NCBI GenBank assembly: GCA_964452145.1
Contig: CAYVLA010000002.1
Span: 59,754 to 117,932, forward strand
Reading direction: 5' to 3'
Length of the DNA stretch: 58,179 nucleotides
Origin: Candidatus Hadarchaeota archaeon
GTDB taxonomy: Archaea > CAYQAE01 > CAYVLA01
The position numbers were made by a program, and so were the translations under genes. Shown here piece by piece: positions 48,978 to 58,179 of the stretch; the first letter of the stretch is position 1; each line of letters starts with the position of its first letter. The notes beneath the pieces are model-generated. The model saw only the letters and a program-made list of their open reading frames with translations, had not been told where the DNA came from and did not search any database.

Positions 48978-49958
48978 CTGGACGAGATTAGCCGGGTCGA
49001 AGATCTCCGGAAGCACTTCCCGGTTCAGAAGAGCTTCCTTGAGACGCTTTTCTCCAAGACCAGGGAATACCTGAGGGCCGTTGATGGGGTCAGCTTCTCG
49101 GTCATGAAGGGAGAGGTCTTCACGCTCGCAGGGGAAAGCGGATGCGGCAAGACCACAACCGGCCGGCTTCTGGTCAGGCTACTTGAGCCAACGAGCGGCA
49201 GAATCTTCTTCGACGGGAAGGACATCACACACACAAAGGGCGAGAAGCTACGATTGCTTCGACGGAGGATGCAGATCGTCTTCCAGGATCCGTATGCATC
49301 CTTCAGTCCCAGGATGAGAATTGGGACCGCCGTGGGCCATCCTCTGGAGATCCACAATCTGGCCCAGGGTGCCGAGAAGAGGAGGCGTGTGTCGGAAATC
49401 TTGGAGAAGGTAGGCCTATCCCCCGCTGAGCAGTTCGTACGGCTCTATCCCCACGAGTTGAGCGGGGGCCAGAGACAGCGCGCAGCGCTAGCGAGATCCA
49501 TCATCACGGAACCGGACTTCGTCGTTGCGGATGAGCCGGTCTCAATGATCGACGTCTCGCTCAGAACGACCCTGATCGACCTGATGCTGGCCCTGCGCCG
49601 AGAGCTGGGGCTGACCTACGTCTTCATAACCCATGATCTGGCGGTCGCGAAACACATATCGGACAGGATAGCGGTGATGTACCTCGGGAAAGTGGTGGAG
49701 ATCGGGGGCAAGAACGAGATCTTCGCCGATCCCCTCCATCCCTACACCCAGGCCCTCTTGTCCGCCGTTCCAGTTCCAGATCCTGGCAGAAAGCGCAGAG
49801 CGATCGAGCTGAAGGGTGAGGTCCCCTCTGCGATCAGGATTCCGTCCGGCTGCCGGTTCCATCCCAGATGCCCCAAGGCCTTCAATAGATGTCCGCTAGA
49901 GGATCCGTCCCTCCGGGATATCTCGAAGAGCCATCTCGTTGCCTGCCATCTCTACTGA
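48978..49958 (+). CDS. oppF: Opp/Dpp ABC ATPase F
   Basis: GESGCGKT, YPHELSGGQRQR, DEPVSMID, GCRFHPRCP and VACHLY. Start is either CTG 48978 (GGAGG SD) or ATG 48930. Confidence 0.93.
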   Translation: MDEISRVEDLRKHFPVQKSFLETLFSKTREYLRAVDGVSFSVMKGEVFTLAGESGCGKTTTGRLLVRLLEPTSGRIFFDGKDITHTKGEKLRLLRRRMQIVFQDPYASFSPRMRIGTAVGHPLEIHNLAQGAEKRRRVSEILEKVGLSPAEQFVRLYPHELSGGQRQRAALARSIITEPDFVVADEPVSMIDVSLRTTLIDLMLALRRELGLTYVFITHDLAVAKHISDRIAVMYLGKVVEIGGKNEIFADPLHPYTQALLSAVPVPDPGRKRRAIELKGEVPSAIRIPSGCRFHPRCPKAFNRCPLEDPSLRDISKSHLVACHLY

Positions 49959-50018
49959 CCCGCGGCATCGACCCGTCGGGGTCAAACGCAGTGGGCGGCT
50001 TCACGGCGTCGTCAGGTC

Positions 50019-50441
50019 CTATATCAGGGTGAAGACGGCGACGCCCAGGACGATTCCGACCATCACCGCTATGACCACCGACACTATCACTGCCAAGATC
50101 GCTATTGCGAAGGCCGAAAGCCAGCCCGTCTTGAAGAAGGTCTTGATCAGATAGACCCAGGCGAAGAGGGCGAGGATCCAGCCGATAACCGGCAGGATGA
50201 TGGACAGCAGGACGCTAATCACGCTGCCCAGGAAGGCAACCGTGACAGCGTTGCCGAAGGTCGCTTTCCCTCCGGCGACGATCCGGCCCGCAATGTAGAG
50301 AACGAGGCCCATCAGGACCAGTGTGACTACGAAGGATACAAGAGCTGCCAGCAGAGCCGCCCCGGCCAGGAACCCTGCGATCATGTGGATACGCGCAGAT
50401 GGGAGGGTTGTGATCTGAAATATCTTCCGCCATCGTGCCAT
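50019..50441 (-). CDS. Small multi-pass membrane protein
   Basis: Four hydrophobic helices. GGAGG SD before ATG 50441. Confidence 0.75.
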   Translation of the reverse strand: MARWRKIFQITTLPSARIHMIAGFLAGAALLAALVSFVVTLVLMGLVLYIAGRIVAGGKATFGNAVTVAFLGSVISVLLSIILPVIGWILALFAWVYLIKTFFKTGWLSAFAIAILAVIVSVVIAVMVGIVLGVAVFTLI

Positions 50442-50527
50442 GTCATCGCATCCTCCACCCAATTCCATCCCCCGAGCTGGGGTCCATTTTTCAAGGGGTC
50501 TGATCACCCCCGGCTTGGCGAGCGATC

Positions 50528-52309
50528 TTGCAGGGTTCGGGTCTAGACTACCTACCAACCGTATGGGGACAAGGTCAGACCTTTGCCTTCTCAGGTCTTG
50601 ACGGTCAGACTGACTGGTACAACCCATTCGTTGCACAGACTCTTGGGGAACCTCCCGGCATTCTCTTCCACGCCGGAACGGCCGATTCCAGGGATGTCCA
50701 ACTCACTTTTGCGGGCAGGGTCGAAGGCTTGCTCCGGAACGTGAGAACCCGGGATGTCGATGCCCGGGTCATCGGACCCGACGTGATGGATCTAAGCCTG
50801 CATCTTGGAGGCAGTTCGGGGGCACAGTTTAGACTCGCTTGGCTTGATCGGGCCATCCTTCTGGGGGAAGCACAAGGCGAGAACTCGCAACCCTGCCTGA
50901 TCACCGATGGTCCCGTCGACCCGGCCCCCGGTTTCGATGGAGAAAGCCCATTCCTGATTGCGGGCGGGGTGATCGAGGAGAGATGCAGTGCCAAGGTCGT
51001 TGACCTCGGAGAAGCTGGGAGGTTTGCCGTGGCCTACGGCGTTGATCCGGAGAGGGTGGCCGAGCTGGTGGAGGTCGCCGATCTGGATTCCGTCTTCGCG
51101 GAGCGCCTTCGCTTCTATCGGGATCTGTCTCTACCCGATAGCGGTGACGGGGAGTTGCTGAGAACCTATGTCAAGGCCTGTGCAGTGATGAAGGTCAACG
51201 TTGAGACGGAGTGTGGAGAGATCCGACGCCGTTGGACAACCCCTGACCGTTGGCCCCACCGACACATGTGGTTGTGGGATTCCGCCTTTCATGCCCTGGG
51301 AGCCCAGCACCTGAGCCCGGAGCTCGGCCGGGACTGCATCAGGGCCGTGTTGACCAAGCAGAGGCAGGATGGCTTCATACCTCACACCATGGCGCCGGAT
51401 CCGAGATACGACTCGTCTATGACCCAGCCCCCACTTCTTGCCTGGGCAGCCCTTCAGCTGTACTGGACGGACCCTCAGAAAAGCTTCCTCAAAGAGGTTT
51501 ACGAAGGTCTGAAGCGTTATCTGGTCTGGGACCTCTCCAACATGGATAGGCTCGGGACCGGTCTGCTGCAGTGGCAGTTCAAGGGGCCTGACAGCGGCAT
51601 GGATAACAGCCCCCGTTTTGACGAGGGTCCCGACTTCGATGCGGTTGACCTGAACTGCTTTGTGATCAACGAGTGTCAGGCCCTTTCACGGATAGCGAGG
51701 GAGCTTGGGCTGGGCGAGGAAGCCCGACACTGGGGGGAGCTGGGTGCCGGGTTGGCTCTGCGGGTGAATCAGCGCCTGTGGAATGATGACGACGGGTTCT
51801 ATTATGATCGCAGGAAGGACGGCTCGTGGGTATTGGTCAAAACGGTGGACCACTTCCTTCCCCTCTTTGCGGGCATAGCCACCAGTAGGAGGGTCGCTGT
51901 TCTGGTGGCCGATCACCTGATGAACCCGAAGGAATTCTGGCCTGTCTTCCCGGTCCCCTCGGTCGCCCTGAGCGAGAAGGTTTTTGAGCTTGATATGTGG
52001 CGTGGGCCGACCTGGATCAACTACAACTATCTGATCATTCATGGGCTTCGCAGGTCGGGTTACGACGACATAGCCGATGAGCTCCTTGACAAGACGGTGA
52101 GAGAGATCTGCAGATGGCGGGCCACCAAGGGCTCCCTGTACGAGTTCTACGATCCCTTGGGTGAAACCGCGCCACAGGATCTTGCCCGCAAGGGCAGGGT
52201 CAGGAATTGGAGGGGCGATGGGATCCCGGTCATCAGCGACTACTTCTGGTCATCGGCGTTGCTGGTGGATATGGTGCGCAGGCGCGGGGTCTCTTCGACT
52301 CCCCCCTAG
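50528..52309 (+). CDS. GH63/GH37-like (alpha/alpha)6 glycoside hydrolase (mannosylglycerate hydrolase/trehalase-like)
   Basis: MWLWDSAFH, TQPPLLAW, DSGMDNSPRFD, MWRGPTWINYNY and YEFYDP. Confidence 0.85.
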   Translation: MQGSGLDYLPTVWGQGQTFAFSGLDGQTDWYNPFVAQTLGEPPGILFHAGTADSRDVQLTFAGRVEGLLRNVRTRDVDARVIGPDVMDLSLHLGGSSGAQFRLAWLDRAILLGEAQGENSQPCLITDGPVDPAPGFDGESPFLIAGGVIEERCSAKVVDLGEAGRFAVAYGVDPERVAELVEVADLDSVFAERLRFYRDLSLPDSGDGELLRTYVKACAVMKVNVETECGEIRRRWTTPDRWPHRHMWLWDSAFHALGAQHLSPELGRDCIRAVLTKQRQDGFIPHTMAPDPRYDSSMTQPPLLAWAALQLYWTDPQKSFLKEVYEGLKRYLVWDLSNMDRLGTGLLQWQFKGPDSGMDNSPRFDEGPDFDAVDLNCFVINECQALSRIARELGLGEEARHWGELGAGLALRVNQRLWNDDDGFYYDRRKDGSWVLVKTVDHFLPLFAGIATSRRVAVLVADHLMNPKEFWPVFPVPSVALSEKVFELDMWRGPTWINYNYLIIHGLRRSGYDDIADELLDKTVREICRWRATKGSLYEFYDPLGETAPQDLARKGRVRNWRGDGIPVISDYFWSSALLVDMVRRRGVSSTPP

Positions 52310-52821
52310 GACTCGCCCTGCGGCTGCCACCTGTTGACGTGAAGCATTGAGGCCATGTCTCTGCGCTGGGAGGTTCCCACGCTGGCGGGATATCCGAAGG
52401 GAAGGACCGTCAGGAGGTGCAGGTTTTCGGGGATGCCCAGGATCTTCTTGACCTCGTCTCTCTCCATCGCTCCGATCCAACACGTGCCTATGCCCATCTC
52501 CCATGCCGCGAGTGCCATGTTCTGGACGGCGGTGGACCCGTCTATGGCGTGCCAGTTGTTTGAGGGGTCTGTCACAACTGCCACCGCCACAGGGGCCTGG
52601 GAGACGAATCTGCCGTACTTGGCATGTTCGGATATCTTTGTGAGGAGATCCTTGTTCCGTATTATGATGAACTGCCAGGGCTGGCGATTGCTTGCGCTGG
52701 GAGCCCATCGTCCTGCTTCGAGTATCTTGGTCAGGGCTTCCTCGGAGACCTCCTTGTTGAGGAAGGATCTGACCGATCTTCTAGTCAAAATGCACTGATA
52801 GACGTCCATGTCCCTACGCAT
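52306..52821 (-). CDS. Nitroreductase family protein
   Basis: RRSVRSF, APSASNRQPW and GIGTCWI. Confidence 0.93.
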   Translation of the reverse strand: MRRDMDVYQCILTRRSVRSFLNKEVSEEALTKILEAGRWAPSASNRQPWQFIIIRNKDLLTKISEHAKYGRFVSQAPVAVAVVTDPSNNWHAIDGSTAVQNMALAAWEMGIGTCWIGAMERDEVKKILGIPENLHLLTVLPFGYPASVGTSQRRDMASMLHVNRWQPQGES

Positions 52822-52943
52822 GGCAGTCGAACCTCATAACTGTTCCATCTGATCTGCCACTCTGAGGGTGCCCGGTTCTTCGAGCGACGGGCACACAGGT
52901 GGTCGAACGGATGCTGACGGGTGGCCACTAGCTCGGGACTCTG

Positions 52944-53723
52944 CTACTGACTTTGGGAATCGGCTTCGGCCAGCAGTCCGAGGATCCTGGATCTGGCCTG
53001 TTCAACGATGGCATTGATGGCCTGGCGACCGTAGCTTCCCGATGCCCTTCTCGGATCCTCCCCCATGATGCCTATCAGCTTGTCGGCTTTCTCGAGGCCC
53101 TGAATATCCACGAGGTCGGGCCGAAGGGCAAGAAGGAGGGAGGTCTCCCAGATGGCCGCATGGTCGCCCCTGTATCCTTGATCCTTCACGAGATCGTAGC
53201 CGATAATCGGCAATACTTTGGCCTTTCCCTGGTAGCGATCAACCACCTCCCGGGCGGGCCCGATCAAGGGATAGTGACCGGCCACCACGACGATGACTTT
53301 GAAGCCCAGGGACTCGATCTGGTGAATGGAGTGGTCCAGAACCTCCTTGAACAGCCTCCAACCCCCTTCCGATTTGGATCTCTCCGCCTCCAGTTCGAAG
53401 GCTTCGCCCGACAATCCGTAGATATCCATCATCTCAGAGGTGTGGTCATGGTCCAAATGGCGGAAGAACTGCGGCTTGAAGACCACCTCGGCGATATCGG
53501 CCCTGTTGTCGCCCCAGTAGACCGCGGGCATGACCAGCCCCCCGATCTCCTCGGCCATCCTGCAGCAGATGGCATGGGCCTTGATGGCATCGTTGCCCAC
53601 AGGCAGGAACTCGCCGTGCCACTCCAGTATGCCCATGGGCAGATAGGCCACGGGTCTTCTCTCCCGGGCCTTGCGGATCTGGTTGGGAGTCATGGTTTCG
53701 TATTGGACATTCGCCATTGTCAC
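52944..53723 (-). CDS. Creatininase/creatinine amidohydrolase family protein
   Basis: PMGILEWHGEFLPVGND, AGH and DHAAIWETS. Confidence 0.88.
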   Translation of the reverse strand: MTMANVQYETMTPNQIRKARERRPVAYLPMGILEWHGEFLPVGNDAIKAHAICCRMAEEIGGLVMPAVYWGDNRADIAEVVFKPQFFRHLDHDHTSEMMDIYGLSGEAFELEAERSKSEGGWRLFKEVLDHSIHQIESLGFKVIVVVAGHYPLIGPAREVVDRYQGKAKVLPIIGYDLVKDQGYRGDHAAIWETSLLLALRPDLVDIQGLEKADKLIGIMGEDPRRASGSYGRQAINAIVEQARSRILGLLAEADSQSQ

Positions 53724-55690
53724 TCACCTTCTTCGACCCATACCGGGCTAGTCCAGCCCGTCTCCCCGTCAGCCTGTCTCACTCGGACGTAGTAGTAGAT
53801 GAATGGTGCTTTGCTCCAAGTCGCCGACGGGAGGGCAACGTCTTGGAAGGTGTCTGAGTCCTCCCAAGAAAGAGCCGCATCATCTTGGTCTCGCAACTCT
53901 TCGTGGAAGAGGACCCTATTATTGCGCACAAGCTCCGCAAAGGCAATGTGATCGGTGCCGTGGGCCTCGAACTCTACGATTCTGGGCTCCCCCGAGCGCG
54001 CCACGATCTCCGACCCCATCGGGTAACCGTTGAGCGACATCCAAAGAATCATCCGACTCCCGGTTGTGGCGTAGCAAGACCTCGATTTCAGGGAAGTCCA
54101 TATCGACTTCCTGGTCTTCTCCCGGGCCCATACCGCGGTCAGGCCAGGCTTGTAACGGCAAGGAGGATGGCCCCTGGTCGCGTCGTCCCCTGGATGGCTC
54201 CTATGCATGTCACCACCAGCCGTGAAGCCGACCCTCCATCCCATTGCCAGTGCATTCTGAACGAAACCCGTCGGAACCTCATCGTCCGGGGGCGGCTGTC
54301 GGGAAATCTGCAACCACAAAGGATCATGGGCCCTAGGGTCCCTGACGGGAAACGGGTTGCCTTTGGCCCTGCCCATCTCCGAGCTGCCCCAGACCGAGTA
54401 TATCTCGACGAGCCTCTCCTTCTCCGGGTCATGCTGGGTCCAATCGCAGAAGTTGCCGGCGTAGGCCGTGTGGTGGGGGATGATGAGCACATCCCTGCTG
54501 CCCAGGGCCTGGAACAGCTTCATCGGCCTGTCGTACTCCCCGGACTCGGATCTCAGCATCTGGCCTTCGTTTCCGGGGTAGTAAACGTTGCGGTCCCCGT
54601 CCCCGTTCCGGCGCCACTTGGCCCACTCATACCCAAGAAAGGTGACGAACACGCCGGGCTTGTGGTGGCGGGTCGCCCCCTCTCTGGTCATCTCCCACAT
54701 GGAATCGCTCGTCTCAAATCTGTGGTCGTGGTCGGAGACCGCCCCGAAGTCAAGGCGGGAGCCGTATCTCATGTTTCGGTAGCACAGATCCAGGGACCCG
54801 AGGCCGTCCGACAGCTCGGTGTGCTCGTGGATCAACCCCCAGAACAGTTTCTTCTTGGCACTATGGACCATGATCGGGTTGCTTATTGCAGATAGGCCAG
54901 CGTCCGGGTCTTCCACACCGATTCTCACTACCCCCCTGATGCGGAGTCTGAACCGCTTGAGTTCGATCGCCCCGACGCAGTTCAGCGTTTCGGGACCGAT
55001 GCGGCGGCCATGGGTCTTCCCCTCGAGGCGAACTAGAAGGCGTCTTGGAAACTGGGGCGATATGTTGCCGTACCTGTCCTGTGGTCGGATCGTCAGGGAG
55101 AAGCTTTGGCCCTGCTCCACCTGGGATGGTGCCAGGACCCGGATATGGCTCATTGGGCCGCCCACTATGCTGAGAGGGAAGCCCCCGACCCAGTTGAGGT
55201 TATGCGGAGGTAGGTCGGACGGCCTCGGCTCCGAGGTCAGGGCGAGGAAAACCCCGGATGCGGTGAATTGAGGGGAACGAGCCCCAGGGCTTCCACCCGA
55301 TGAATCCCCTAGGATGATCCGCAGACCAGTTCCCGCAGGGATCGATCCCCCTGGAACCTCAAAGGCCACCCGCATGAGTTCCTGCATCTTGCACGGAGGA
55401 GGCCTAGAGACAGGTTCCAGCTGCGGTCCGTCCGCGATCCGGGCAGATACGTAGCCTTCGTCCGAGGGTTGCGAGTTCTGCATGGGGATATCCAGCTTGA
55501 CCCAACGGAGGCCGCCTGACCAAAGCACGAGCCTCTGGGCAATCACTTCCCGAGCCAGGGTGAGGGCAAGCGTGTGCGTTTCCATGGCTCCTGCAGTCAT
55601 CGTCGCGGGCTCGACCGATCCTATAGGGATACCGTCTGGGATTCTCAGCGGCCTCATTGTCATGATCCGACGCCTTGGTGGCTTCGCCAT
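53720..55690 (-). CDS. DUF3604/CehA-McbA-like PHP-fold metallohydrolase
   Basis: SNPI..LFWGLIHEHTELSDG, SDHD, GYEW, IPHH, EIYSVWGSSE, GGDMH, YATTG and YYYVRV...WTSPVW. Confidence 0.78.
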   Translation of the reverse strand: MAKPPRRRIMTMRPLRIPDGIPIGSVEPATMTAGAMETHTLALTLAREVIAQRLVLWSGGLRWVKLDIPMQNSQPSDEGYVSARIADGPQLEPVSRPPPCKMQELMRVAFEVPGGSIPAGTGLRIILGDSSGGSPGARSPQFTASGVFLALTSEPRPSDLPPHNLNWVGGFPLSIVGGPMSHIRVLAPSQVEQGQSFSLTIRPQDRYGNISPQFPRRLLVRLEGKTHGRRIGPETLNCVGAIELKRFRLRIRGVVRIGVEDPDAGLSAISNPIMVHSAKKKLFWGLIHEHTELSDGLGSLDLCYRNMRYGSRLDFGAVSDHDHRFETSDSMWEMTREGATRHHKPGVFVTFLGYEWAKWRRNGDGDRNVYYPGNEGQMLRSESGEYDRPMKLFQALGSRDVLIIPHHTAYAGNFCDWTQHDPEKERLVEIYSVWGSSEMGRAKGNPFPVRDPRAHDPLWLQISRQPPPDDEVPTGFVQNALAMGWRVGFTAGGDMHRSHPGDDATRGHPPCRYKPGLTAVWAREKTRKSIWTSLKSRSCYATTGSRMILWMSLNGYPMGSEIVARSGEPRIVEFEAHGTDHIAFAELVRNNRVLFHEELRDQDDAALSWEDSDTFQDVALPSATWSKAPFIYYYVRVRQADGETGWTSPVWVEEGE

Positions 55691-55708
55691 GGTCTTGTCG
55701 AAGGCAGG

Positions 55709-56788
55709 CTACTGATAGGTCCCGTATTTCTTCGCCATCTCGGAGAATTGCTGGAAAGTTGGGAGGTCGACATCGGTAGGGATGGAGTGATCCGAACACA
55801 GAACGTAACCGCCTCCCTGAGCGGCATGTCGTATCCTGGGGACGACCTCCTCCTTGATGGTCTTGATATCGTTGGTGCAGAGCTTTCTGGCATCGATGTT
55901 CCCAATGAAGGCAAGCCTGTCCCCGTACTTCTCCTTCAGTTCTATGACGTCCATTCCGGCCTTGACCTCCATCGGTTGGAGGCAGGTGAAGCCCGCTCGC
56001 ATGAGATCCGGGATGAGGAGGTTGACGTTGCCATCGGAGTGAAGGATTGCGGGAAGGCCCCTCCTTCTGAAGGGTCTGGTTATGGCCTGATGGGAAGGCA
56101 TTATGTATTGTCTGTAGTTGGCTGGCGAGAAGAAAGGCCCATCTGCGAACCCGAGGTCGTCCCAGACCCAGGCACAGTCACAGCCCGCATCGGCCAGGGC
56201 CGAGCTTAGTCCCCCCATGAAACGAGCAAGGCACCTGTACATCGTCCTGGTTAGTCGCCTGTCCGTCATCAGGTATCGCAGCGTCATCTTCGTCCCGCCG
56301 CATATGTGGCGGGTGTACTCGAAGGTGCCGAAGAAGGAGGCGAAGACGTAGAATCTCTCCTGGAACTTCCTCACCATCCCCTCCATTTCGCCTCTGAATG
56401 GGTACCGCTTGCTGGAAATCCTTATGGGGGCGTCAGGATCCAGCAGAGGCTCGATCCTCTCCTGGAACTCCTCCAGGTTTCTAAACGGCGGATCCATGTG
56501 AAGAGGGATGCCGTCCTTCCCCCGCCACCGCTTCTGCTTAACCCCGAATCGGTCCCGGGAGATGACCCAGTTCTCGCCCTGCTCAAACGTCATCTCGTCG
56601 TACTTGGGCGAGACATCCACGCCTATTCCGTAGAGGTCCATTCCGAAACGCTCCTGGATGAAGGTACCCTTCGGAAGCCCCTGGGCCTCCCATTTCTCAA
56701 CGGTGGTGCCCCAGGGGAAGTCTACGAAGCCGATCCTGTCGGCTTCCTCAAAGTTCAGCAGTCTTCCCATCCTTTCTCTCGAATCCAA
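55709..56788 (-). CDS. URO-D/MtaA-family protein
   Basis: MDSRER..EEADR, WDDLGF..GPFFSP, LHSDG, QPMEVKAGMD, GNID and GGYVLCSDH. Confidence 0.88.
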   Translation of the reverse strand: MDSRERMGRLLNFEEADRIGFVDFPWGTTVEKWEAQGLPKGTFIQERFGMDLYGIGVDVSPKYDEMTFEQGENWVISRDRFGVKQKRWRGKDGIPLHMDPPFRNLEEFQERIEPLLDPDAPIRISSKRYPFRGEMEGMVRKFQERFYVFASFFGTFEYTRHICGGTKMTLRYLMTDRRLTRTMYRCLARFMGGLSSALADAGCDCAWVWDDLGFADGPFFSPANYRQYIMPSHQAITRPFRRRGLPAILHSDGNVNLLIPDLMRAGFTCLQPMEVKAGMDVIELKEKYGDRLAFIGNIDARKLCTNDIKTIKEEVVPRIRHAAQGGGYVLCSDHSIPTDVDLPTFQQFSEMAKKYGTYQ

Positions 56789-56800
56789 CCCGATCTCACC

Positions 56801-57847
56801 TCATCCATATTGGTGGCTGTAGTCCTCCATCGCTTGGCACAGTGCCTCTATGTTTTCAAGCGGTACGTCACCGTAGACGCCTGCTATCATCATTAGGCCC
56901 CCCTCCTTGGAGCCGAGGTTTAGGACTATGTCCTCGACATGCTTCCTCACCTGGGCAGGGCTTCCGCGCGGCAGAACCTGCTGCCTATCGATATCGGCGT
57001 CCAGACAGACCCTACCCTTGCATTTCTTGGCCAAGGCACGAATTCCGTTGCAGTTCACCTGCGGGTTGATGACGGTGAAGCCGGCAGCCATGAGGTCGTC
57101 CATCAACTCCATTATGTGTCCATCGGAGTGCAAGTAAACCTCGCATCCGCCCTGTCTGGCCATGTTACACATCTTGGCATAGCCAGGTAGAAGATGTTTG
57201 CGGAAAAGGTTTGGACTCATCATGGCGCGGGTCTGGGTGCCGAGATCATCCCCCATGGCGATGCAGTCCGCCCCGACCTCGATCCACTTGGATATCAGCT
57301 TGGCGTTGTGGTCCACCACCATTTCGATCAGGCTTCGGAGTTCGGGCGGGTTGAGGTGAAGATCCATCATGAGGTTCCTGAAGCCGCGAAGGAAGTGAAG
57401 TCTTTCGAAGAAGCGATCGCCGCCGCCCCACACCATCCTACCCTGTGCCCTGGCCCTAGCCACATCTGCCCTGATCTCCTCCCATCGGATTCTTGTGCCA
57501 AGCTCGGTGATTGTGAGGGGATCGGGAGGATGATACCCCGAAAGGGACTTCCAGTCAGCCAGCGGATGGCCTTTGACCTGGCCCCGGATCCCGTCTGCTA
57601 GATTGTGCCAGACGCATCCCCAGCTGTCCGTGAACTTCTCTCCCCCCTTGCTCGAAGGGGGAAAATCATCATAGCTCCTCTTTCCCCTCTCACGGGAGCC
57701 GAATATGGGGGAATGCCGAAGCACCAGCTCGTCCAAGGCGTCACGGTGCCTCTTCCATATGGCGCCACTGAGCAGGACCCTGCAGGGTATCCACTCGGGT
57801 TCCTGAAACCTCATGGCACGGAGGCAGTTCTCCCTCTCGGTCAACAC
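56801..57847 (-). CDS. URO-D/MtaA-family protein
   Basis: TERENCLRAMRFQEPEWIP, TDSWGCVW, FERLHFLRG, GDDLGTQ and LHSDG. Start GTG 57847 or TTG 57844, about 25 nt below a TTTTATCA. Confidence 0.88.
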   Translation of the reverse strand: MLTERENCLRAMRFQEPEWIPCRVLLSGAIWKRHRDALDELVLRHSPIFGSRERGKRSYDDFPPSSKGGEKFTDSWGCVWHNLADGIRGQVKGHPLADWKSLSGYHPPDPLTITELGTRIRWEEIRADVARARAQGRMVWGGGDRFFERLHFLRGFRNLMMDLHLNPPELRSLIEMVVDHNAKLISKWIEVGADCIAMGDDLGTQTRAMMSPNLFRKHLLPGYAKMCNMARQGGCEVYLHSDGHIMELMDDLMAAGFTVINPQVNCNGIRALAKKCKGRVCLDADIDRQQVLPRGSPAQVRKHVEDIVLNLGSKEGGLMMIAGVYGDVPLENIEALCQAMEDYSHQYG

Positions 57848-57968
57848 CGGGAACGCCAGACCCATCATGTTGATAAAAGTTTGCCACCTCGACACCTCAC
57901 CTCCACCTCCCACCTCAAGGGGTAAATTTATCTTGCGAGTTCCCGGCTCATGGCACGGGACGATCCGG

Positions 57969-58179
57969 ATGACCGAGTCTGAGCTTGCGCTCTTAGGAGG
58001 ACCAAAGGCTGTCACAGCCCAACCCAAGGAGAACTGGCCCGTTCCACTCGACCGAATCAAGGAGGCCGTATGCCGCATGATCGATGAGGGCATTTGGTCT
58101 CAATCCGGAACGGGACTGCCTCTCGAACTTGAGAAGAGGTTCGGAGAATTCATAGGCACGGATTACTGCCTGTTGCAGC
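57969..58179 (+). CDS. DegT/DnrJ/EryC1/StrS-family PLP aminotransferase (5' part, runs off the window)
   Basis: Hand translation MTESELALLGGPKAV...WPVP...EAV...LEKRFGEFIGTDYC is a typical N-terminus of this family. Confidence 0.72.
   Translation, partial: MTESELALLGGPKAVTAQPKENWPVPLDRIKEAVCRMIDEGIWSQSGTGLPLELEKRFGEFIGTDYCLLQ

Noticed and set aside
53885..54895. Long antisense ORFs (also 21520-22470, 1369-2178, 52953-53792, 47897-48754)
   Set aside because: These are shadow frames of well-supported genes on the other strand, typical of GC-rich coding DNA, and carry no motifs.

Overview
GC-rich (roughly 58% by eye) chromosomal window from an archaeon, probably a TACK-type lineage such as Bathyarchaeia or Brockarchaeota (inference). 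Archaeal signs: an AbrB-PhoU regulator, an Fe-S XPD/Rad3 helicase, a single-OB-fold SSB, TATA boxes about 25 nt before many starts, and a T-tract terminator. About 50 CDS, mostly heterotrophic or scavenging enzymes: a ceramidase-like hydrolase, GH116, a GH63-like enzyme, a secreted TIM-barrel glycoside hydrolase, four URO-D/MtaA-family paralogs, an amidohydrolase, a creatininase, a DUF3604-like protein, an M16 peptidase pair, an HD dNTPase, an Opp/Dpp ABC importer, an ABC-2 exporter and a bacterial-type NAD+-dependent DNA ligase. I saw no rRNA, tRNA, CRISPR array, transposase or integrase. The most striking non-coding signal is at 30606-30939. Three direct copies of an asymmetric 8-bp core (ACTGAATC) separate two unrelated cassettes of 166 and 144 bp, each bounded by related 14-bp inverted arms. 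This is a lox-like 14-8-14 site architecture, or tandem site-specific mini-element insertions into one target. Other oddities: apparent ATC and CTG start codons, a two-helix insertion in OppB, a long leader and RGG tail on SSB, and several microproteins. All product calls come from motif recognition by eye, not database searches.
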